From the IMG/VR virus record IMGVR_UViG_3300045988_095785, positions 1 through 44,474 of that record: DNA of 44,474 nucleotides. One strand, 5' to 3'. This stretch comes from a virus. The notes under the pieces are model-generated. The model saw nothing but the letters and a program-made list of their open reading frames with translations. It searched no databases and had not been told where the DNA came from. Positions 34,121 to 40,907 of this stretch are shown here, piece by piece (position 1 is the first letter of the stretch; the number at the start of each line of letters is the position of its first letter). The position numbers and the translations under genes were made by a program.

Positions 34121-34572
34121 TGGGTAAGAAAAAGATAGTTAAGCAAGCGGAAAGTGCAAAGAGTTCTAAAATGCCTAAAGTTGTTGAAAACCCAGAGGGA
34201 TACTTAAAAAAGCATCCTATCTGGGCTTTTCAACGTTGTGATGTTAATCATGAAAAATGGTCAATAAAGAACTGCAAGAACTTTAATGAAGAAATATTAG
34301 ATAAGTTAATCTCCTTTGAAGGACAGACATGGGCAGAAATACAATCTGCGTCGGGTGGACGGAGGAATGGTACGAATAGCCATTTTGAAGATATAGCTAT
34401 TCTTTGTAAGGACGCCCAGAGACGAATTGAAGAATTACATTTAGATATTGACCAGGTTTTTTCGTTGAGATTAACAGCGACATTGCGAATTTATGGTATT
34501 CTGGAAAATGGTGTTTTTAATGTATTATGGTACGATCCTAATCATGAGATTTGTCCTGCTGTTAAAAGATAA
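34120..34572 (+). CDS. unknown protein translationally coupled to the Panacea antitoxin (candidate toxin)
   Basis: TAATG overlap. The C-terminal FSLRLTATLRIYGILENGVFNVLWYDPNHEICP is loosely reminiscent of RelE/ParE-type beta-strands. No confident family. Confidence 0.55.
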   Translation: MGKKKIVKQAESAKSSKMPKVVENPEGYLKKHPIWAFQRCDVNHEKWSIKNCKNFNEEILDKLISFEGQTWAEIQSASGGRRNGTNSHFEDIAILCKDAQRRIEELHLDIDQVFSLRLTATLRIYGILENGVFNVLWYDPNHEICPAVKR

Positions 34573-34591
34573 AATACATAAAAAGCTGTAA

Positions 34592-34614
34592 GGCCCCGGT
34601 TCTTCGCCGGGGCC
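34592..34614. terminator. hairpin repeat B (GGCCCCGG/CCGGGGCC) between convergent genes
   Basis: 8-bp GC stem. A U-run follows on the minus strand only. Confidence 0.6.
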
Positions 34615-34623
34615 GTCAATAGT

Positions 34624-34917
34624 TTAAATCTTTTTATACTGCAATTTGATATGATGAGAATTGCCGTCATTGTCTATAACATCAAAGTAAGGATGTTCGT
34701 TACCAGTGAGGACTTCATTTGGTTCATAATTCCAACCCCACGGAGCCATGAGCATGATATCTCCTGCATTTGTCTCAAACATTTCCCAATTTTCAGGTAT
34801 TTCTATTTCTACCTTGTCACTGCATGTAGCAGTGGCATGAGGAGCATTTGCCGTCCAAACCTGTTTTTTCTCTGCGGAGAGTACCCCGTAATTTATATAT
34901 CCTGTAAATTTTTTCAT
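34624..34917 (-). CDS. hypothetical protein (97 aa)
   Basis: ORF track; GGGGGA RBS. Confidence 0.55.
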   Translation of the reverse strand: MKKFTGYINYGVLSAEKKQVWTANAPHATATCSDKVEIEIPENWEMFETNAGDIMLMAPWGWNYEPNEVLTGNEHPYFDVIDNDGNSHHIKLQYKKI

Positions 34918-35007
34918 CTTTGTATCCCCCTTGTATTTTATAATTTAATTTGTTATAATCTACTTGCTGGGGGAGCGGTGGCAAGCCCGCCCTCCTCTGG
35001 TATCTGT

Positions 35008-35256
35008 TTAAGCTATTTTCTTTTTTAATTCTTCCACTTCTTTTTGCAAGTCTTTAATCATCTGCAAAAGCAAGCTTGTGTTTTCATTTTCAAGTTTGTT
35101 GATTCTGTAATACTGTTTGAGTTCATCCATGTTTGATTCCAGCCTATTCATTTTGTCTGTAAGCCTCAATTGAACATTGTCAAGTTCGTTTAGAATCATG
35201 TTTGTTTGTGAATTAAGTAAATCAGCAATTGATTTTAAATCTTTTTCATCTAACAT
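35008..35256 (-). CDS. coiled-coil hypothetical protein (82 aa)
   Basis: ORF track; GGAGG RBS. Confidence 0.55.
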   Translation of the reverse strand: MLDEKDLKSIADLLNSQTNMILNELDNVQLRLTDKMNRLESNMDELKQYYRINKLENENTSLLLQMIKDLQKEVEELKKKIA

Positions 35257-35312
35257 TTTTAAACCTCCATATTTGATTTGTTAAAGATGCTTGCCCTTCT
35301 TTAACTATATTT

Positions 35313-35341
35313 ATTATATCATTATTGGTAACCAATGTCAA
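35313..35341 (-). promoter_or_regulatory. promoter TTGACA-17-TATAAT with palindrome ATTGGTAACCAAT in the spacer
   Basis: Reverse complement of 35313-35341. The palindrome is at 35324-35336. Confidence 0.7.
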
Positions 35342-35523
35342 TGTTCTTCTATCTTTTTTTCTATAATAATTTTCCCGTTTATCATAGAAACGGTTACCTT
35401 TCTATCTTCTTGTGTTACCCCTAGTTCCTTGACCATATCTGCCGGAAGGCTTATTTTATAATTAACAGAAGCCTTTCCTGCAGTTCCGCCTGCTTTGGCT
35501 ATAATTATATTCCTATCAACCAT
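35338..35523 (-). CDS. AbrB/MazE/SpoVT-type DNA-binding protein (61 aa)
   Basis: MVDRNIIIAKAGGTAGKASVNYKISLPADMVKELGV is a swapped-hairpin-type motif. ATG 35523 follows AAGAGGAG. Confidence 0.65.
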   Translation of the reverse strand: MVDRNIIIAKAGGTAGKASVNYKISLPADMVKELGVTQEDRKVTVSMINGKIIIEKKIEEH

Positions 35524-35557
35524 TACTACATCTCCTCTTATCATATTTGATATATAC

Positions 35558-35586
35558 ATTATAATACGATTGGGAACCAATATCAA
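35558..35586 (-). promoter_or_regulatory. promoter TTGATA-17-TATAAT with palindrome ATTGGGAACCAAT in the spacer
   Basis: Reverse complement of 35558-35586. The palindrome is at 35569-35581. Confidence 0.7.
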
Positions 35587-35750
35587 GAAAATATTACTGG
35601 AGCATGACATATACTTATACGCAGAACGGCCGACACCATTACAGTGCCGACCGCCTGCGACGAAAAAGAATATTCATACTTTTGGTTGCAAATAAATGAT
35701 ACAACATAATTGGGATTAGAGCAATAGATAATTGTGGACAGTTTTCGACA

Positions 35751-35939
35751 TTACGCCAACATATGTCGTTTGTATCTATATCCTATGGGGCGTTCTTCTG
35801 GATATGCCTTGTAATATAGGTACAGGGCATACTGTACGGATACGCTGCCGTGTGCGGGTAACTCAGGGTTCTTCTTCAATGCCGCACTATATAATAAGTA
35901 GGCATCGTGATTTTCAAATACAAGATTATTGTTTTTCAT
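35751..35939 (-). CDS. small hypothetical protein (62 aa) under an SOS-box promoter
   Basis: ATG 35939 follows GAAGGTGG. In frame with track ORF 35751..36020. Confidence 0.55.
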   Translation of the reverse strand: MKNNNLVFENHDAYLLYSAALKKNPELPAHGSVSVQYALYLYYKAYPEERPIGYRYKRHMLA

Positions 35940-35965
35940 GCGTGCCACCTTCTTTCTAATATAAC

Positions 35966-35977
35966 GAACAAATGTTC
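35966..35977. promoter_or_regulatory. perfect SOS (Cheo) box GAACAAATGTTC
   Basis: GAAC-N4-GTTC, 14 nt downstream of the minus-strand -10. Confidence 0.7.
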
Positions 35978-35991
35978 TCTTACATACTTCG

Positions 35992-36020
35992 ATTATACGA
36001 ATGTATGTTCGATTTGTCAA
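35992..36020 (-). promoter_or_regulatory. consensus promoter TTGACA-17-TATAAT with SOS-like box GAACATACATTC (35999-36010) in the spacer
   Basis: Reverse complement reads TTGACAAATCGAACATACATTCGTATAAT. Confidence 0.75.
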
Positions 36021-36030
36021 TAATAAAAAA

Positions 36031-36050
36031 CTGGCAGTTTTTGCTGCCAG
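36031..36050 (-). terminator. hairpin CTGGCAG/CTGCCAG with a T-run on the minus strand
   Basis: The reverse complement is followed by TTTTTTATTATT. Confidence 0.6.
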
Positions 36051-36126
36051 CTTTAAATATTTTGCTTTTATTCATGTGCAAAATTGGTCATTAATTCTGA
36101 TTAGTGATTATTCACAATGATTTGTT

Positions 36127-36149
36127 GGCAACACGTTGGTAACAAATCA
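36127..36149 (+). repeat. direct repeat copy 1, GGCAACACGTTGGTAACAAATCA
   Basis: 22 of 23 identical to 36312-36334. Contains TTGG(C/T)AAC motifs at 11-bp spacing. Confidence 0.8.
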
Positions 36150-36226
36150 CCTATTCACCCTGCTAATATAAGGGGTGATTACTTATCCAGAGTATAAGTA
36201 AAATGTAGTGCGATAGTATAAGATAA

Positions 36227-36257
36227 AGCCTGGAAAGCGATATTTCCGGGCTTTTTT
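36227..36257 (+). terminator. strong plus-strand terminator in the int-proximal non-coding region
   Basis: AGCCTGGAAA/TTTCCGGGCT stem followed by TTTTTT. Confidence 0.65.
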
Positions 36258-36311
36258 CTTTTGTGCAATATCACTAAGAGATACTTAAAAATAGTCAATT
36301 GGTATCAAATT

Positions 36312-36334
36312 GGTAACACGTTGGTAACAAATCA
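36312..36334 (+). repeat. direct repeat copy 2, GGTAACACGTTGGTAACAAATCA (within three tandem TTGGTA(A/T)C units 36299-36331)
   Basis: See copy 1. It overlaps the integrase stop. Confidence 0.8.
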
Positions 36335-37375
36335 TTTGATTTTATTTACCTCATGGAGCATGTCTTGTATGGTTATATGTGTATACACCTTTTGTGTGAT
36401 ACTACTGGGAGAGTGCCCTACAATCTTCTTTAAGCACAGGTCATCAAGTTTGTATCTATGGGCCAGTGTGACAAATGTATGCCTTGTATCATGGAAACGG
36501 TGGTTAGCCTTCAGACAATCATTTAATCGTTTTAGATTTCTGTTCACGAAATTATTATATAAAACTACGTTTCCATTGGAATTAACTATTAAATTTTCTT
36601 TGTTAAAATCGTAGAAGTATTTGACAAAATCATAAATTTTATCATGTATAGGTACATAGCGTACGCTTGTATTGTTTTTGGCAAGTTCTTTTGGCACATA
36701 TATATATCGTTCTTCAAGGTTACAGTTCTCATGCGTGTTTTTCAAAAGCTCATTTACCCTCATACCTGTGTATATAAGGATTAGAAGTATTTTTGCGTCC
36801 CAGTTATCTGAAATTCCCCACAGGGCATCTATTTGTTCATCTGTGAATATTTCACGTTCAATCACCGGTTCCGAATATTCAATGTTTATAAATTCGGAAT
36901 AATCTTTGCTGACCAAATTGTTCTGTAAGGCATACTGAAAAACTGTATGCATAACGGTTTTTATATTCTTTTTAGTAGAACTTCCAAATGGGCAGTTATT
37001 AATAACCTCTGTAAGCATATTAGTCGTAATGTCTCTTACTTTTATATCATTTATCATTTTACAATGTTTTAGCGCAGCTTCACGTACGGTTATTGAAGAC
37101 TCAGATAAATTTTTATAATTATTCTTTTTCCATAGATCGTAAACTTCTTTGAATGTTATATTGTTTTTGTCAATACTAAATGGATTCATATTATATTCTG
37201 CCAGAGCATTAAGGGCTTCCTTTTTGCTTACGTAGTATCCCAGGACTGCGCGTGTTGGCTTGTATCCTTTTATCTGTTCATCATATACTGGATCTCCGCT
37301 TATACGTGCTACATATGGTTTTCTGCGATTCCCGCTTAATTTTGTAACACTTCCATATCCATTTGGTAACTTCAC
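36332..37375 (-). CDS. int: tyrosine integrase
   Basis: C-terminal HDTRHTF...GHSPSSITQKVYTH (R-H-R-Y catalytic pattern); AAGGAGGG RBS. Confidence 0.9.
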   Translation of the reverse strand: MKLPNGYGSVTKLSGNRRKPYVARISGDPVYDEQIKGYKPTRAVLGYYVSKKEALNALAEYNMNPFSIDKNNITFKEVYDLWKKNNYKNLSESSITVREAALKHCKMINDIKVRDITTNMLTEVINNCPFGSSTKKNIKTVMHTVFQYALQNNLVSKDYSEFINIEYSEPVIEREIFTDEQIDALWGISDNWDAKILLILIYTGMRVNELLKNTHENCNLEERYIYVPKELAKNNTSVRYVPIHDKIYDFVKYFYDFNKENLIVNSNGNVVLYNNFVNRNLKRLNDCLKANHRFHDTRHTFVTLAHRYKLDDLCLKKIVGHSPSSITQKVYTHITIQDMLHEVNKIK

Positions 37376-37400
37376 ATGTATCCCTCCTTAAAAATGAGTA

Positions 37401-37431
37401 TAAAAAAGACAGATGGTCTCTTGCCACCTGT
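37401..37431 (-). terminator. hairpin GACAG/CTGTC + T6 on the minus strand, between immA and int
   Basis: The reverse complement shows the stem followed by TTTTTTAT. Confidence 0.5.
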
Positions 37432-37468
37432 CACCGAAGATGATACAATATAAATGCTAGATTTTGTA

Positions 37469-38197
37469 TCATCTCTTCGGAGATATAAACCGTTCTGGGT
37501 TGCCGCCCAGGGCGGTTTTTTCTTTTGTTGTAGTTTGCTTCATACCGTGCATATTTATTTTACCAGTATTTAGAGAACGTATATATTTCCCTTTCTTTTC
37601 CTGTTCTGAAACCGATACGAATTCAAGATCGCTCAAAGATCCGCTCACAATATATTGAAATATTTCATATTTTAAATTATCTAATCTATGACCTATAACA
37701 GTTATAGGAACATTAAACTTTGGAGCGATGTCAGCTTTGAATCGTTCTATTTCATTTTGTGGAGTAGTAAAGTCAATTGCATTCCTCACTATTGGTAAAA
37801 AACTGTAACTAGGTATTAAAAATTCAGCGGCTCCTTCATTGGCCTGCCATTCTAAATATGGGTCCTGGTTTGCTGTAGGTCCATCAAAGCAGTTAAATGT
37901 TTTGCGGTTAAGATGTCTATGTAAATTCAAGTGAAGAGTTTCATGCCCGCAATCAAAATTTTGCTCAGAGTAGGAGCGTTTGGAATTCAACAGAATTATA
38001 TCACAGTTGGATTCATCTCCTACAACTGACATCCCCCTCAGTCCTTTGGTCTTAAATGGAATGATTTCTATGTTTACTTTCATTCTTGTCAAATCTGATA
38101 TTAAATCAATCCCATAACCAAATTTGTCATAACCAAGACATTCTTTCAAACGCCATACCTTTCTATATAAGGTGGCTTTGGTAAGACTTGGTCCCAT
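37469..38197 (-). CDS. immA: ImmA/IrrE-family zinc metallopeptidase
   Basis: HETLH (HExxH) motif. Position immediately downstream of the XRE repressor gene. Confidence 0.8.
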   Translation of the reverse strand: MGPSLTKATLYRKVWRLKECLGYDKFGYGIDLISDLTRMKVNIEIIPFKTKGLRGMSVVGDESNCDIILLNSKRSYSEQNFDCGHETLHLNLHRHLNRKTFNCFDGPTANQDPYLEWQANEGAAEFLIPSYSFLPIVRNAIDFTTPQNEIERFKADIAPKFNVPITVIGHRLDNLKYEIFQYIVSGSLSDLEFVSVSEQEKKGKYIRSLNTGKINMHGMKQTTTKEKTALGGNPERFISPKR

Positions 38198-38200
38198 GTT

Positions 38201-38539
38201 TTATTTTTTGTCTCCTCTTAATCGTTTGATGGTTTCAAGCGCAAGACGGATATCGTCTGGATCAATACCGCTGTCTTGCGCCTCTTTTGCATAGGATAGA
38301 TAAACCCCTTTTATATCACTATAAGGATTTTTGTGTTCTTCAGCTACTTCTTTTCCTGTTGTGAGGTAATCTAAAGAAACCCCAAAGTAATCAGCAATTT
38401 TCTTTAAAGTGGCTGTCTTAGGTGTTATTTTCCCCATTTTCCAATCAGACAAAGATGATTGGGAAATACCTGTTGCTTTACTTACTTTATACGGAGTTAC
38501 TCCGTGTATTTGTAGTAACTGTTCAAATATCTCATACAT
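38201..38539 (-). CDS. XRE-family HTH repressor (CI/ImmR-like)
   Basis: ATG 38539 follows AAAGGTGA. HTH: YKVSKATGISQSSLSDWKMGK. Confidence 0.85.
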   Translation of the reverse strand: MYEIFEQLLQIHGVTPYKVSKATGISQSSLSDWKMGKITPKTATLKKIADYFGVSLDYLTTGKEVAEEHKNPYSDIKGVYLSYAKEAQDSGIDPDDIRLALETIKRLRGDKK

Positions 38540-38595
38540 AACCTGTTCACCTTTCACAAAAATGACAAATACTAAGAAAACACGGAATAAAGCCC

Positions 38596-38624
38596 TTGAC
38601 CTATCCGTGAAAACGTAGTATAGT
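38596..38624 (+). promoter_or_regulatory. early rightward promoter TTGACC-17-TATAGT
   Basis: Located in the divergent repressor/cro intergenic region. Confidence 0.65.
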
Positions 38625-38628
38625 ATGA

Positions 38629-38664
38629 GCATACAAAGTATTTACTTAGTAAATGCATGTATGC
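38629..38664. promoter_or_regulatory. 36-bp imperfect palindrome (GCATAC..ATTTACT-T-AGTAAAT..GTATGC), probable repressor operator
   Basis: It overlaps the predicted transcription start of the rightward promoter. Confidence 0.6.
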
Positions 38665-38754
38665 TACGTTAATATAAATGCTTCGCTTGATAAACAAAGT
38701 ATATCATGTTTCCGTAGTAAATTCAATAGTAAAAGGAAAGGTGGTGTAATTTTT

Positions 38755-38943
38755 TTGTACGAAAAATACGAGAGATTACTTATTGAAAGAAATCTCACTT
38801 CTTACAAGGTATCACAGGATACAGGTATAGCCCAATCATCTTTATCTGATTGGAAAAGAGGAATTAGTAACCCTAAAGTTGATAAGTTGAAAATTCTAGC
38901 CAAATATTTTGATATTCCAGTTGATTACTTCCTTGATGAATAG
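38755..38943 (+). CDS. Cro-like XRE-family HTH protein (62 aa)
   Basis: TTG 38755 lies 7 nt after AAAGGTGGTG. HTH: YKVSQDTGIAQSSLSDWKRG. Confidence 0.7.
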   Translation: MYEKYERLLIERNLTSYKVSQDTGIAQSSLSDWKRGISNPKVDKLKILAKYFDIPVDYFLDE

Positions 38944-38950
38944 TATAGCA

Positions 38951-38962
38951 GAACTTATGTTC
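38951..38962. promoter_or_regulatory. perfect SOS (Cheo) box GAACTTATGTTC
   Basis: GAAC-N4-GTTC, 30 nt upstream of TATAAT at 38993-38998. Confidence 0.55.
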
Positions 38963-39084
38963 GTTTTCAAATGGAAAATTTACCATTGTTTGTATAATGA
39001 AACAATTGTATATCAACAGATTACAAACAATCTAAAAACTAGAGTGATTGCTCTGTAAAACATGGCAAATTATAGGAGGTAAGT

Positions 39085-39375
39085 ATGGAAAACGATGCAA
39101 AAGAAGAGAACAGCCTTGCCGACAGAGTGGCCCGAAAGATTTTATCAAGTGTATATCCTCAATTTGGCACAGGTAGTGTTCCGACAAAGGTAGCAGCACA
39201 GGTTTTTGGAAAATCAGAAACATGGGTGAGAGAAGGAATAAAGAATAAGCTTTTGCCTATTGGGGTTGTGACGGAGACAGAACAGAGAACTAACGTGTAT
39301 ATATCACCTAAATTGCTTTGGGAATTTACAGGATATGCATGGAAAGGAGAGAAGGAAGCATATGGAAGAAATTAA
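39085..39375 (+). CDS. hypothetical early protein (96 aa)
   Basis: ORF track; AGGAGGT RBS. Confidence 0.6.
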   Translation: MENDAKEENSLADRVARKILSSVYPQFGTGSVPTKVAAQVFGKSETWVREGIKNKLLPIGVVTETEQRTNVYISPKLLWEFTGYAWKGEKEAYGRN

Positions 39376-40180
39376 AATTCAAGGTACAGAACTACGAATT
39401 AAAGAATATGACGGAAAAAGAGTCGTTACCTTCAAGGATATTGATACAGTACACCAGCGCCCGCTGGGAACCGCAAGCAGGAACTTCAATCAGAACCTTG
39501 TCCGATTTTTAGAAGGAAAGGATTTCTATAATGTCAAATTAACGGACAACGAAATTCGTAGAGCGTTCGGTGTAGGGCTTACACAAGGAAATGTTAAGGT
39601 TCTTACAGAAACGGGATATTTGATGCTGGTAAAGTCCTTTACAGATGATTTGGCCTGGGAGGTCCAGAGGGATTTGGTCAATACATATTTTAAGGCCAGA
39701 ACAAAAGAATATCATCAGACGGTCACAGTGACAGAAACACAGAAGTCGGCACAGGAAAATCCTGAAATCCTTATACGGGCAGTTGAAGCGCTGTCTGGAT
39801 GCCAGGAAGGTAACAGGCCATATGTATTAAACATCCTGCGGCACATCATACCGGATATTGACCAATTCCCGACAGAAGAAAAAAAGACAAAGGTCAAGGT
39901 TGAAACTAAGGCCGAAATCAAGGAACCGAAGACAGTGAAAAAGAAAAACGAATTCTGGCGGCAGGGTGTTGATATCGACGTAGATAAGATGCTGCTTACA
40001 GCCGCGGAGCAGGGGATATCCATTACAGAACTGGCGAAGCGATCACAGGTCACAGTAACTACCATGACAAGCTGGATAGCCGGTAAGCACAGGCCAGTGC
40101 AAGAAAATCGGACAAGCGTATGTGTAGCGCTGGGGAAAGATGAAAATTATCTTACTCCGCGGGGAAGAGGTGGGAGATGA
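39362..40180 (+). CDS. ORF6N-domain (antirepressor/KilA-related) protein with a C-terminal HTH
   Basis: RVVTFKDIDTVHQRPLGTASRNF...GYLMLVKSFTDDLAW is an ORF6N-like pattern. Confidence 0.65.
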   Translation: MEEIKIQGTELRIKEYDGKRVVTFKDIDTVHQRPLGTASRNFNQNLVRFLEGKDFYNVKLTDNEIRRAFGVGLTQGNVKVLTETGYLMLVKSFTDDLAWEVQRDLVNTYFKARTKEYHQTVTVTETQKSAQENPEILIRAVEALSGCQEGNRPYVLNILRHIIPDIDQFPTEEKKTKVKVETKAEIKEPKTVKKKNEFWRQGVDIDVDKMLLTAAEQGISITELAKRSQVTVTTMTSWIAGKHRPVQENRTSVCVALGKDENYLTPRGRGGR

Positions 40181-40323
40181 AAAACGCAACCATAGCCGCG
40201 CTGATCGTACTGGTTACATATGGAGTAGACCCATACGCAGTATTGCTGTATGCGGTGACAGTATTCTGCTTATATGCAGTGGAATACTGGGTAAAAGAAG
40301 TTAGGAGGGAGGAAAAAAATTGA
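40177..40323 (+). CDS. small membrane protein (48 aa)
   Basis: ATGA overlap with the upstream gene; hydrophobic. Confidence 0.4.
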   Translation: MKNATIAALIVLVTYGVDPYAVLLYAVTVFCLYAVEYWVKEVRREEKN

Positions 40324-40517
40324 ACATAGAAGACCATAAGATTTACGCTGCATTCCGGTTAATGGAGCAGTGCAGAGTCAACGATGATATCCATAGGCGT
40401 ATCCTTGGCACCGGCATAGAGCTGTGCCTGGAAACCCTGGGAATTAATCTAAACAAAAAAGCCCCTGGAGCCGGCAAGCAATCAGGGACTAAAGAAAACC
40501 AATCATCCTCATTATAG
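40320..40517 (+). CDS. hypothetical protein (65 aa)
   Basis: TTG start follows AGGAGGGAGG. Confidence 0.45.
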   Translation: MNIEDHKIYAAFRLMEQCRVNDDIHRRILGTGIELCLETLGINLNKKAPGAGKQSGTKENQSSSL

Positions 40518-40539
40518 AGGATGCTAGGAGGAAATGTCA

Positions 40540-40725
40540 ATGGATGGGAAAGATATTTTACAAAAATACAGACCGGTTATCCATGAGATGATGCGGGATG
40601 TTGCGGAAAACCCCATACCGTATATAACAGTAACAGTGTGCCCGGATTACTGCATAGCCCTTTCAGGCGGTGCAGAATTGTCTATTGTGAATGGCAACGA
40701 GAGGATAGAGGAGGTCAAAAGGTAA
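40540..40725 (+). CDS. hypothetical protein (61 aa)
   Basis: AGGAGG lies 8 nt upstream. 40534 is an alternative start. Confidence 0.5.
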   Translation: MDGKDILQKYRPVIHEMMRDVAENPIPYITVTVCPDYCIALSGGAELSIVNGNERIEEVKR

Positions 40726-40898
40726 TGTATTACGAAGGTATCGGCCCTGAGCAGGGCACAGTTGTAAATGATGAAGACGCTTATGCATATGCGCTTGAAC
40801 GGTGTTTGTCCGGTACGGAAGAGGATAAACAGGAGTTCAGAGAGATGCTGGTGGAATGGTTTTATTCCGGTAACTGGATAAACAATGGAAAATGTTAG
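40725..40898 (+). CDS. hypothetical protein (57 aa)
   Basis: TAATG overlap; GGAGGT RBS. Confidence 0.45.
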   Translation: MYYEGIGPEQGTVVNDEDAYAYALERCLSGTEEDKQEFREMLVEWFYSGNWINNGKC

Positions 40899-40907
40899 GA
40901 GAATATT

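Noticed and set aside
37433-37479. Long imperfect hairpin (CCGAAGATGATACAA / TTGTATCATCTCTTCGG) at the 3' end of immA, considered as attP core or sRNA
   Set aside because: It overlaps the immA stop and is followed by a conventional terminator. The most economical reading is an mRNA 3' stabiliser or terminator element. No repeat partner was found elsewhere.
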